From an uncultured Pseudomonadota bacterium (lineage in GTDB: Bacteria > Myxococcota_A > Polyangia > Fen-1088): a DNA stretch of 64,000 nt. Numbering within the stretch: position 1 is the first letter of the stretch; each line of letters opens with the position of its first letter. Under the pieces are notes generated by a model, which had not been told where the DNA came from, made no database searches, and saw only the letters and a program-made list of their open reading frames with translations. Shown here one piece after another: positions 9,467-19,011 of the stretch. The stretch covers positions 96,001 through 160,000 of the forward strand of contig CAWKBC010000040.1 in assembly GCA_963847705.1 (NCBI GenBank), given 5' to 3'. The position numbers and the translations under genes were made by a program.

Positions 9467-10112
9467 CTAGGGGCGAATCTGCGGGCCCTCGGGCCCCCTT
9501 TGCAGCGCCCGCCCCCGCAACGATCGGTCGACCATGACCTGGAAGATGCCCAGCAGCGCCTCGCGCGCGGCGGGCCCCTGCGCACCTTCGAGCAGGCCGA
9601 GCGCCTCCGCGATCGCCTCCATCGTGGAGAGGCGCCGGGCATCCAGCGTCCTGCGGAGCCGGTACTCGGACGGCGCGTCGCGCGTGACGAACGCGCAAGG
9701 CACGTCGCTCAGACCCGCGAGGCGCCGCCGCACGCGCTGCGCCTGCCTCCAGGTCCCGTCGGGAACGATCAAGGTCACCGGCCTCGGGCCGCCACAGAAG
9801 TCCGCCAGCGGGCGCGCGTCCGGATGGGGGAACAACACGACGGGGTCGCCGTGCTCGGCCCAGGCCGGCACCGCCTGCGGCTGGTCAGGCGCCCCACGGA
9901 TGACGGCGTCGCTGTTGGGGAGGCATCGCAGCGCGAGCCGACCGGTGTTGCTGGGCTTCTGCGTCTCGGCGTGGTGGAGCACGACCAGGACCCGGGTGCG
10001 CGTCTCGACGCGGGGGACCAGATCGCAGAGGCAAGCGGTGACCAGCAGCCGGCAGCCCGGACAGCGGTGTCCCACCAGCCCCTCGACCATCCGGTTGCCG
10101 GGGTTGCGCATC
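9467..10112 (-). CDS. DTW-domain tRNA-uridine aminocarboxypropyltransferase (TapT-like); start uncertain
   Basis: CxxC...CLC, HHAE..KPSNTG, VPDGTW, LSTMEA. Confidence 0.85.
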
Positions 10113-10124
10113 AGCGCCCGCCGC

Positions 10125-10667
10125 TCATTCCCCGAGGCTGTGCCGGACGATCGGCGTCTCGAGACTGACGTCACCGCTCGTCACGTACAGCGTCCCGTCG
10201 TTGCGCGACAGTGACCAGCGCGCGTTGCGGTCGGTGGCCGCGTCGAGCGCGTCGAGAAAGGCGCCCTCCAGCGGGTAGACCTCGATGCTCTCCGCCTTGT
10301 GAATCGGCTTCGCGCGCGCCCCCTTCTGCAGCGCCGCGACGTCGCCGTGCGTGAACACCACCACCCGGGGCGACGCCTTGCTCGCCTTGTGCAGGCGCTC
10401 GGGCGAGGGGGTCCCCACCTCCAGCCACAGGCGAAGACTGCCTTGCATGTCCCTCGCCCAGACCGCGGGCTCATCGGTGCTGGAGAGGCCCTTCGAGAAC
10501 GCGATCCCCGGCTCGTGGCAGAGGCAGTACCCGATCACGCGGGTCAGCAGGTACCGCATCGTCTCGGACGGATGCCGCGCCACCCGCAGGTCGAGCGCCT
10601 CGTAGACGCCACGGTCGACGTCCGAGAGCTCAATTTGGAGGTGATAGACCGTCGCCGACAGAGCCAT
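10125..10667 (-). CDS. yaeQ: YaeQ family protein
   Basis: MALSATVY..LSDVDRGVY..ARHPSET..FSKGLSSTDEPAVW..WLEVGTP..RLHKA. Confidence 0.88.
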   Translation of the reverse strand: MALSATVYHLQIELSDVDRGVYEALDLRVARHPSETMRYLLTRVIGYCLCHEPGIAFSKGLSSTDEPAVWARDMQGSLRLWLEVGTPSPERLHKASKASPRVVVFTHGDVAALQKGARAKPIHKAESIEVYPLEGAFLDALDAATDRNARWSLSRNDGTLYVTSGDVSLETPIVRHSLGE

Positions 10668-10802
10668 CCGCGCGGACACTACTACCGATCGCACCCTCGG
10701 GCGCGATCGTCTCTCGTTCGTGGTTCAACCCGCCATCGGCTCCTACTGTGGCGCCCGGATCGACGCACGGGGTGGCGCACTCGACGGGGGCAAGCGTCGT
10801 AC

Positions 10803-12650
10803 TCAGTCGGTCGGCGGCGTGTTCGTGAGCGCGATCGTCGCGTCGTCGAGGAACAGGTCCGGACACTCGATTTGTCCCGACCCGGTGCCGCAAGTCCCTT
10901 GGTCCGCCTGGGTCACCCAGAGCGCCGCTCCGGTCATCTGACAGCCTTTGGGCGCGTCGGAGGGCGGGAAGGCGACAGCGCCGCTGCTCAGTGGCGCCCA
11001 ACTTCCGGTCGGGAGGGCCGCGGTTTGGGTGATCGCTTTCGTGCGGACGCTGCCGGAAGGATCACCCTTGCAGCTGTAGGCCGCCCACAGCTGGATGGCA
11101 TGGGACGTCACCCCCGATTGCATGACGTAGAAGGTGACGGCGTAGTCCGCGGCGCCGATCGGCAACGCATACCTCATCGCCGTGATCGAGAGCGACCGAT
11201 TGTGCTCCCAAAGGCTGTTCTTGCCGCCGTTGTGTTGGGCCGTGCTCACGCTGAGCGTCGCCGAGCCCATACTGTTCGTGCTCCACCCGTCGACATACCC
11301 CCCCGTGGCCTCGAAGTTCGGATTGCCGACGAGGTTGTGACCGTCGGTGACCGTCACGACCAGGTCGTCGACGTATAAATTGGGAAATGCCGTCGTGCCG
11401 GCGACCGGGTTGTCACCCGCATCCTCGTTGAGGAAGACCACGGCGTTCCTCACCAGACCGGGCAGGATTCCACTGGTCTTCGGCATCGCGAAGCAGTCCG
11501 ACATCACGGCCGGGTCCATGGTGAGGTCGATGGTCGCGGTGAAGTTCACCCAGGTCCCCGAGGGCATCAGCGCCGCAGTGCTGCCAGCGTAGTAATAGTT
11601 GACACCCTGCGCACACATGAGGCGGAGCTGGAGAAGGGCGCTCGGGGGCGTGCCCGCCTGGTCTTGCATGGCCCACAAGCTGATGTTGTAGGTCCCGATT
11701 CCCGTCGGGACGTAGTAGCCAGGGCCGATGTAGCTCGCCGACCGGCTCGTCTGCTCGGCTGAGTACAGGCCAGCGTGGACAGGCGTGGAGGTCACGGAAA
11801 GCCCGCCGCCGCTGGGAATCGTGGACCATCCGTCGGAGGTGCCGTACTCGAGATCGCCGTTGCCCGCCAGGTTGGGGTTCGTCCCGACGCAGGTCCCCGC
11901 AGCGCAGAATCCGCCTGTAATGCAAGCCGTGCCGTCGGTGCAACTGGTCAGGCAAGCGTTCGACTGACAGAGGAAACCGTTGCAGCTCACCGGGGAGCTC
12001 GGATTGCATCGGCCCGTTCCATTGCAAACGGAACCGTTGATCACGGAATCCGCCGTGCTCGAGCAGGTCGTGGCCTGAGAGCAGGACGTGAGAGCCGGCC
12101 AGAGCAGGCACGCCCCGCTGCCGTTGCACCCCGCGCCACTGACACCGCACGTACTCTTGTCCGTCGCGGGGCAGTCGCCGCGCGGATCCAGCTGGCTGGC
12201 AACGGGGATGCAGCTGTTGCCGGTGCTGTCGCAGGTCTGGCAGGTCCCTGAGCAATCCATGTTGCAACAGAACCCGCTCATGCAGCTGCCCTGTTTGCAG
12301 TCCGCGCCGCTCTGGCAGCGGTCGCCGTACATGCCCGTCGGCGCCTGTCCCCCGGCCCCGCTCTGCCCCGCCGCGCCACCGGCCATGCCGCCGCTCCCCT
12401 GGTTGCCGGCGCCACCCAAGCCGCCGGTCCCCACGCTCCCCCCCCGGCCACCGATCCCGGTTCCGTTGCCACCGTTCCCCATTCCGCCGCTGCCGGTCAC
12501 GAGGCCGTTGCCCCCGAGACCCGCCGCCGCGTCGCGCGCATGGAACGCTTCCTCGCCCTTGCACCCGACGGCGGCGAGCGCGACGAGCGACGCCAATACC
12601 AGCAGCCCCGCCCCCCGAGACGAATCGGGGCGGGGCGACCGGTGGGTCAG
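10803..12650 (-). CDS. Lipoprotein: Gly-rich linker, one Cys-rich repeat, two CBM4/9/22-like modules
   Basis: Lipobox AAVGC; NLAGNGDLEY and NLVGNPNFEA modules ending in DDxxI/V; start ambiguous (CTG 12650 or TTG 12596). Confidence 0.7.
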   Translation of the reverse strand: MTHRSPRPDSSRGAGLLVLASLVALAAVGCKGEEAFHARDAAAGLGGNGLVTGSGGMGNGGNGTGIGGRGGSVGTGGLGGAGNQGSGGMAGGAAGQSGAGGQAPTGMYGDRCQSGADCKQGSCMSGFCCNMDCSGTCQTCDSTGNSCIPVASQLDPRGDCPATDKSTCGVSGAGCNGSGACLLWPALTSCSQATTCSSTADSVINGSVCNGTGRCNPSSPVSCNGFLCQSNACLTSCTDGTACITGGFCAAGTCVGTNPNLAGNGDLEYGTSDGWSTIPSGGGLSVTSTPVHAGLYSAEQTSRSASYIGPGYYVPTGIGTYNISLWAMQDQAGTPPSALLQLRLMCAQGVNYYYAGSTAALMPSGTWVNFTATIDLTMDPAVMSDCFAMPKTSGILPGLVRNAVVFLNEDAGDNPVAGTTAFPNLYVDDLVVTVTDGHNLVGNPNFEATGGYVDGWSTNSMGSATLSVSTAQHNGGKNSLWEHNRSLSITAMRYALPIGAADYAVTFYVMQSGVTSHAIQLWAAYSCKGDPSGSVRTKAITQTAALPTGSWAPLSSGAVAFPPSDAPKGCQMTGAALWVTQADQGTCGTGSGQIECPDLFLDDATIALTNTPPTD

Positions 12651-12654
12651 TCAA

Positions 12655-15438
12655 TCAAGGAGCGAGCGTGATGGAGGCATCGTCGACGTAGATATCCGGG
12701 CACTCGACCTGCCCCGCCCCGGTTCCGCAGGTTGAACCGTCCTGCTGGATGTAGACGCCCGCGGCGGCCAGCTGGCAGCCCGCCGGCGCGTTCGCGGGCG
12801 GGAAGGTGACGCTGCCGGAGAGCAGGTTCCAGGTGCCCCCGGTGACCTGCGACGCGATGGCGATCTGACCGGGGAACTGCTGCGACCCGCCCTGGCAGGT
12901 GTACACCGGCTGCAGAATCAGATCTCGCGGCACCGAGCCGGTGTGCAAGGCGTAGAAGGAGACGTTGTACTTGGCGACGCCGATCGGCAAGTTCCACTTG
13001 GGGCCCTGGTAGGTCTGCGTCCTGGTCGTATCGACCATGCTGTTGGTCCCACCATGGGCCTGAGCCGTGGTGATCGCCAGCGAGCCGCCGGTTTGCGACC
13101 AGCCAGCCGTCGTGCCGGCCTCGAAGTTCGGGTTGCCGATCAGGTTGTGCCCGTCGGTGACCGTCACGACCAGGTCGTCGATGAACAGATTGGGGAAGGC
13201 CGTCGGCGCCTCGGTTCCCGTCTGATTGAGATAGGCCATCACGGAGTCGACCACGCCCCCCGTCTTGGTTGGGTCGCACCCCGTGATCGTCGTGAGGTCG
13301 ACGGTTCCGGTGATCTTGGTCCACGTCCCTGAGGGGAGCGAGACGCCGTAGCCCCCGACCGCGGGGTAGTTTGCAACGCCGGGCGACCCGCAGTTGAGGC
13401 CGAGCTGGATCACCCCCGACGCGAAGGTCGGGTCGGTGTTCTGCATGGCCCAGGCGGTGATGTTGTACTTCCCAGCCCCGGTCGGGAGCGCGTAGGCCGG
13501 CCCCTGGTAATTCAAGGTTCGCGTGGTGTCGGCCAGGCTGTACGTGCCGCCGTGGACGAGGCCCGCGCCGGTCTCGATCGCCAGCGTGCCGCCGCCGTTC
13601 GTCGACCAACCCGTGGTGGCGTTGTACTCGAGGTCGCCGTTGCCCGCCAGGTTCACGGGCGTGACGCTGTTGTTGGCGACGCAGACCCCGGCGCTGCAGA
13701 ACCCGCTGTTGCAATCGGTGTCGAGGGTGCAGCTGGTCTTGCAAGTCGGGCCGCTGGCGCTGCACTGGTAGGTGCCGCAGGAGCTGGGCACGCCGGCGGC
13801 GCAGGTCCCCGCGCCGTCGCAGGTGGGCACCGGAAGCAGCGTGGCGCCCGTGCAGGCGGCCACGCCGCAGGTGGTCCCGGCGGCCCACTTGCGGCAGGCA
13901 CCGGCGCCGTCGCAGAAGCCGTCGTGACCGCAGGAGGTGGCCGGGTCGGCCGTGCAGTCGTTGTGCACGTCGGTCCCGGAGACGGCGGGGGTGCACTGCC
14001 CGAGGGTCCCCACACCGCCGCAGGTCACGCAGGTCCCGTTGCAGATACTGTCGCAGCAGACCCCGTCGACGCAGAAGCCGCTCTGGCAAGCATCGGCCCC
14101 ACCGCAGGCGGTGCCGTTCGCCTCTTGCGCCGTGCAGACACCGGCCGAGCAGAAGTACCCGGTCGTGCAGTCGGTGTCTGCGGTGCAAGTCGTCGCGCAG
14201 GACGTCGTGCCGCACATGTACGGGGCGCAGGACGCGGTGGTGGCCGTCAGGCAGGTGCCGGCGCCGTCACAGAGCCGGGGCTGCGTGTCGGTCGAACCGC
14301 TGCAGGATTCGTTGCTGCAACCGGTGCCGGCCGCGTAGAGCCGACAGGCACCGGCGCCGTCACAGGTGCCGTCGTGGCCGCAGGAGGTGGTGGGATCCGT
14401 CGCGCATTCGCTGTCGGGATCCGTCCCCGCGGTGATCGGACGACAGAGGCCGTCGGCCGCGCCGGTCTTGGCGCTCGCGCAGGCGTTGCAGAGGCTCCCG
14501 CAGGCCGATTCGCAGCAGACGCCGTCGACGCAGTCGCCGCTCGCGCACTGGCTCGCCGCGGAGCAGGTGGCGCCGTTGGCCTGCGGAGCGATGCAGTGGC
14601 CCGCCGACGAGCAGAAGGTGCTGCTCGAGCAGTCGGCGTTCGAGAGGCAGGAGGTCTTGCAGGAGGTGGCCCCGCAGACGTAGTTGCCGCACGATGCGGT
14701 GGTCGCCGCTCGGCAGGTCCCCGTGCCGTCGCAGGTCTGGGCCGACGTGTCCGTCGCGCCGCTGCACGATTCGGAGGTGCCGCAGGTCGTGCCGATGATC
14801 CACTTGCGGCAGGCCCCGGCCCCGTCGCACATGCCGTCGAATCCGCAGCTGGTTTGCGTCTCCGCCGCGCACTCGTTGTCGGGATCGCTCCCGGCGGTGA
14901 CAGGACGGCAGAGACCGTCGGCCGCGCCGGTCTTGGCGCTCGCGCAGGCGTTGCAGAGGCCCGCGCAGGCCGTCTCACAGCAGACGCCGTCGACACAAAA
15001 ACCACTGAGACAATCCGTGGCCGCGTTGCAGAGGCCGCCGTTGCCGCCGTCCGGACGACCGTCGCTCCCCGCGTCCGTCGGGCCAGAGTCGGCCGCGGCA
15101 TCCAGGCCCGCCGCGCCGCCCACGCCGGCGATGCCGCCCGCGCCGCCGCTGCCGGTCAGGCCCGCCGCGCCGCCCGCCCCCGAGACACCGCCCGTGCCGC
15201 CGGTGGCGACCGCTCCGGCCGCGCCGCCGGCTCCCACCGCGCCACCGGCGCCGGTTCCCCCCGTGCCGACGGCGCCGCCGCCCGTGCCGCCGGTGCCGAG
15301 CTTGCCGGCTTCGCCGGCCCCCCCCTCACCGGTGCCCCCGCTACCGCCACCGCCGCAAGCCACCATGACGAAGATGGACGCCAGGGCCAAGAGACGGACC
15401 CCCCGCGCTTGAAAGCTGAGATTGGCCATGCCTTCCAT
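12655..15438 (-). CDS. Large lipoprotein: Gly-rich linker, three Cys-rich repeats, two CBM4/9/22-like modules
   Basis: AGGAGG RBS before ATG 15438; lipobox MVAC; three CVDGVCC repeats; C-terminal modules paralogous to the neighbouring gene. Confidence 0.75.
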   Translation of the reverse strand: MEGMANLSFQARGVRLLALASIFVMVACGGGGSGGTGEGGAGEAGKLGTGGTGGGAVGTGGTGAGGAVGAGGAAGAVATGGTGGVSGAGGAAGLTGSGGAGGIAGVGGAAGLDAAADSGPTDAGSDGRPDGGNGGLCNAATDCLSGFCVDGVCCETACAGLCNACASAKTGAADGLCRPVTAGSDPDNECAAETQTSCGFDGMCDGAGACRKWIIGTTCGTSESCSGATDTSAQTCDGTGTCRAATTASCGNYVCGATSCKTSCLSNADCSSSTFCSSAGHCIAPQANGATCSAASQCASGDCVDGVCCESACGSLCNACASAKTGAADGLCRPITAGTDPDSECATDPTTSCGHDGTCDGAGACRLYAAGTGCSNESCSGSTDTQPRLCDGAGTCLTATTASCAPYMCGTTSCATTCTADTDCTTGYFCSAGVCTAQEANGTACGGADACQSGFCVDGVCCDSICNGTCVTCGGVGTLGQCTPAVSGTDVHNDCTADPATSCGHDGFCDGAGACRKWAAGTTCGVAACTGATLLPVPTCDGAGTCAAGVPSSCGTYQCSASGPTCKTSCTLDTDCNSGFCSAGVCVANNSVTPVNLAGNGDLEYNATTGWSTNGGGTLAIETGAGLVHGGTYSLADTTRTLNYQGPAYALPTGAGKYNITAWAMQNTDPTFASGVIQLGLNCGSPGVANYPAVGGYGVSLPSGTWTKITGTVDLTTITGCDPTKTGGVVDSVMAYLNQTGTEAPTAFPNLFIDDLVVTVTDGHNLIGNPNFEAGTTAGWSQTGGSLAITTAQAHGGTNSMVDTTRTQTYQGPKWNLPIGVAKYNVSFYALHTGSVPRDLILQPVYTCQGGSQQFPGQIAIASQVTGGTWNLLSGSVTFPPANAPAGCQLAAAGVYIQQDGSTCGTGAGQVECPDIYVDDASITLAP
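14451..14959. repeat. Intragenic duplication of a Cys-rich unit (465-nt period)
   Basis: Identical cgtcggccgcgccggtcttggcgctcgcgcaggcgttgcagagg at 14451 and 14916. Confidence 0.8.
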
Positions 15439-15495
15439 TCTCGTCCTCCTTGGCGACCGGCGCCAAAACGTTGTCAACGACCCGCCAACATTCTC

Positions 15496-16888
15496 CTAAA
15501 GACCTAGAAATGCCTCCAGAACGCCCGCGTAAGCAGGCTTGGGAACGTAATTATCGTCGAACAGCAAAGGTTGAGGAGCGGCGCAGCTAACACCATTGAG
15601 CCACGAATACTTGTCCGGCACGCCCCAGACCGTCACCGCCAGGCAGAGCGGCTCGGCCGCACACACGGCCACGAGGTCGTGAAACCTCGTTTTCTGGGTG
15701 TTCACGTCGCCCGCGCACAGCTGTACATCCATCTCGCTGATCACGACATTGAGCCCGATGGCCTCCAGCCGCTCCATGTTGGCCGCGACCTGAGCGGCCG
15801 ACGGCGATGTATCGGCGGGTCCGGTGTGCATCTGAAGCCCGACGCCGTTGATGGGAACGCCGCGCGCCAGCATCCCCTTCACCATGTTGTAGACGTAATC
15901 GGACTTCGCCCCGGCCCCTTCGGCGCCGTAGTCATTATAGAGAAGCAGCGCGCCCGGGTCGGCCGCGTGGGCCGCGTTGAAAGCATCGTCGATGTAACCG
16001 GCGCCAAGGTATTGGTAAAAGATCGAGTTGCGGAGCGACTGGCCGTCATCCGCCACTGCCTCGTTGACGACATCCCAGGCAATCACCTGCCCACGGTAGT
16101 GCGAGACGACCTGGGTCACGTGGTTGATCATCGCCGCGTGAAGCGCGGTCGCATCCGTGATGGCAGAGACCCAGTCCGGCAGCTGGGAGTGCCAGACCAG
16201 CGTGTGTCCCTTCACCTTCATCCCGTTCTGCTGGGCGAAGGCGGTGATCGCGTCGCCGCCTCCGAACGTGAACACGTTCTGGGTGGGTTCGGTGGCGTCC
16301 CACTTCATCTCGTTCTCGGGGGTGGCGAAGTCGAACGCGGCGGCGGCGGTCGCGGCGTAGGCCGCCTCCGACAGATGAGACGCCCCGATGGCAGCACCAA
16401 TCAGACGTCCAGTCCGCGCGGCGGCAGTCTTGAGCGTCATCGCCTGGCCCGCGTCGATCGAATCCATCGCCGGCGGCGGCGTCGGCTCCGCCTGAAGCGC
16501 CTGCACTGCCTCTGCCTCCTGCACTGCCTGCAGCGCCTGCACGGCCTCCGCCGCCCGCGCTGCCTGCGGAGCCTCCGCCGCCCGCGTCCACGCCGCCCGC
16601 GTCCACGCCGCCCGCTCGGCCTCCGCCGCCCGCGCTGCCTGCACGGCCTCCGCTGCCGGCGTCCACACCGCCCTCACGCCCCGCACCACCGCTGCCGCCA
16701 TCCAGTCGACCACCTCCTGCGCCGCCCGCCACGCCCCCACCGGTCCCGCCGACGACGGCGTCGTCGCGGCGGCACGCGGCGGCGCTCAGGATCATGAGAC
16801 TGGCGAACGTGCGGAGCGCCGGCACGCAGCGACGCTGAACGCAACGATTGGGAAGGCGTTTCGAAAAGCGACGCGCGGCGGGGTTCAT
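15496..16888 (-). pseudogene. GH10 endo-1,4-beta-xylanase lipoprotein with a frameshift near 16461 (pseudogene or assembly indel)
   Basis: Catalytic frame has PENEMKWD, GHTLVWH, WDVVNEA, YNDY, GLQMH, ISEMDV; signal/lipobox (SAAAC) and Gly linker are in another frame. Confidence 0.75.
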
Positions 16889-17079
16889 ATCAACCGAAGG
16901 CCCCTTGAAGGAGGTTGGTCGGCGGCGTGCGCGAAAAGGGGGAGATCAGTGTTGCAAAATTCGCGGGCGCTCCGATACGTATGCTTTTACGTACAGCGCA
17001 ACAGAGAACTCACCTGCCCCGACATGCACCGTGGTCGTTGTATCCCGGCGCGCGGCCCCATTAGAATTCCCTCGCCGCC

Positions 17080-18906
17080 GTGATACCCAATGTAGAGCCA
17101 GGTACGTTGCTGGGAGGCACGTACCGCATCGTGCGCCGGATCGGGAGCGGCGGCATGGGTGAGGTCTACGAGGCGACCCACGCCCGCCTGGCCCACCGCT
17201 ACGCCGTGAAGTTCCTCCACCCGGGCATGCGCGACCACCCCGAGGCGCTGCCACGGTTCATGCGTGAGGCGCAGGTGACCTCGCGGCTGCGACATCCCGG
17301 GATCGTGTCGGTCGTCGACTTCAACACGCTTGCCGACGGCGTGGCCTACCTGGTGATGGAGTACCTGGAAGGCGAGCCGCTCGGGAAGGTCCTCTCTCGA
17401 ACCGGTCCCTTGCCGCTCCCCCGCGTCGTCGACATCACCGATCAACTGAGCTCGGCGCTCACGGCCGCGCACCTCGAAGGGGTGGTCCATCGCGACATGC
17501 ACCCGCAGAACGTCTTCGTGATGCCCGCCACGGGCGGCCAGGGCGAGCGGGTGAAGATTCTCGACTTCGGCATCTCGAAGATCGCCTCGATCTCCCAGAA
17601 GATCACCGGCATGGCGGCGGTGCTGGGGACGCCCCAGTACATGTCGCCGGAGCAGGCCGAGGGTAAGATCGACCAGCTCGACGCCGCGTCGGATCAGTTC
17701 TCGCTGGCCGCGATCGTGTACGAAATGCTCACCGGGCGGCCGGCGTTCTCCGGCGAGACGCTGGCCTCGGTCGCTTACCAGGTCGTGCACGCCGCCGCGG
17801 CTCCGATTCGAGATGTCCGTCCCGAGCTCCCGGGCGAGCTGGATCAGGTGCTCTCGCGCGCCCTGGCCAAGAACCAGAAGGCCCGATTCCCCTCGGTCTC
17901 GGAGTTCGCGCTGCATTTTCGCTGGACGGCCAGCTTGCCGGTGAACGAAGCCCAACGGCGCTCGCGCGTTGCGGCCGCCGGCGCGCCCGCGCTCGAAGCC
18001 GACACCGAGGAGACGACGGCGGTCTCGGCGCTCCCCTCGGGGATGGCCGAGGTCTTGCGGCAGACCTCCGGGCTCTCCCCGCGCGGCGACGCGCCCGCGG
18101 CGAGCGCGATGCAACGACCACCGGGGGCAGAATCAACGTTCGACGAGGCGACCGTCGTGCGCCCCTCCACGTTCGCCAACAACGAACCGACGGTGGTGGC
18201 CACGTCGCTGCTGGCGGCGGACGATCCGTCGCTGGTGACGAGGGCCCCCCACGCCGAGACGATCCTGACGGTGGCGAGAGAGCGCAGAGGGCGCCTGCGT
18301 CCCTTCGTCGCGCTGGCAGGCCTGCTTCTCATCGTCGGTGCCGCGGTCGCGTTGCGCGGAGGCGCCCGACCGACCGGTGATGCCGCCAGGGCACCCTCGC
18401 CGCCGGCCGCGCCGGCGCCGGCCACCAGCGCCCCGGTCGCTCTCCCCTCGCCTGCGCCCGCACCGCGAGCGCCGGCCGCGCCCCGTGAAACAACAGCCTC
18501 GGGGCAGGCGCCGGGTCCTCCGGGAGCCGCGGCGACGGCGTTGGTCCGCGCGGCGGCGGGCGGCGAAGCGGTGGCCAATGGAAAACCGTTGCCCCGGGGA
18601 CGTGCGCGCGCGGCCGGCCCCCTCAAAGCGAACCCACCGCCCGCGCTCGACCATCCGGAGGCGCGGACCGCCGCGGCGGACTGCCGCCTCACGATCGGCT
18701 CGTACCCCTGGGCCGACCTCTGGATCGACGGCGCAAACACCGGGCAGCAAACGCCGGTTGTCGGATTGCCCGTGACCTGCGGTCCCCACCGGTTGGGGCT
18801 CAAGCGACGGGACCTGAGGGTCGATCAGGAGGAGAACGTGACGGTCAATGAGGGGCGGGAGTTCAAACGTGAGTACGAGCTGGAAGGCGCGGCCCTCGAC
18901 GAATGA
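17080..18906 (+). CDS. Membrane Ser/Thr protein kinase with C-terminal PEGA-like domain
   Basis: IGSGGMGEVY, AVK, HRDMHPQN, DFG, GTPQYMSPE; TM helix; PWADLWIDG. Confidence 0.9.
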   Translation: MIPNVEPGTLLGGTYRIVRRIGSGGMGEVYEATHARLAHRYAVKFLHPGMRDHPEALPRFMREAQVTSRLRHPGIVSVVDFNTLADGVAYLVMEYLEGEPLGKVLSRTGPLPLPRVVDITDQLSSALTAAHLEGVVHRDMHPQNVFVMPATGGQGERVKILDFGISKIASISQKITGMAAVLGTPQYMSPEQAEGKIDQLDAASDQFSLAAIVYEMLTGRPAFSGETLASVAYQVVHAAAAPIRDVRPELPGELDQVLSRALAKNQKARFPSVSEFALHFRWTASLPVNEAQRRSRVAAAGAPALEADTEETTAVSALPSGMAEVLRQTSGLSPRGDAPAASAMQRPPGAESTFDEATVVRPSTFANNEPTVVATSLLAADDPSLVTRAPHAETILTVARERRGRLRPFVALAGLLLIVGAAVALRGGARPTGDAARAPSPPAAPAPATSAPVALPSPAPAPRAPAAPRETTASGQAPGPPGAAATALVRAAAGGEAVANGKPLPRGRARAAGPLKANPPPALDHPEARTAAADCRLTIGSYPWADLWIDGANTGQQTPVVGLPVTCGPHRLGLKRRDLRVDQEENVTVNEGREFKREYELEGAALDE

Positions 18907-19011
18907 ACACGAGGAGCCCCGGCGGTCGAGGTGCGACCGGGTCGGAGGAACTCCCACAACGCCGCGTTTCGATTGGCGACGGCGTGGCTCTTCGCACGAG
19001 ATCGGCTTACG

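Noticed and set aside
16500-16740. Ala-rich repetitive N-terminus of ORF 15496..16740
   Set aside because: Off-frame reading of the Gly-rich linker upstream of the frameshift.
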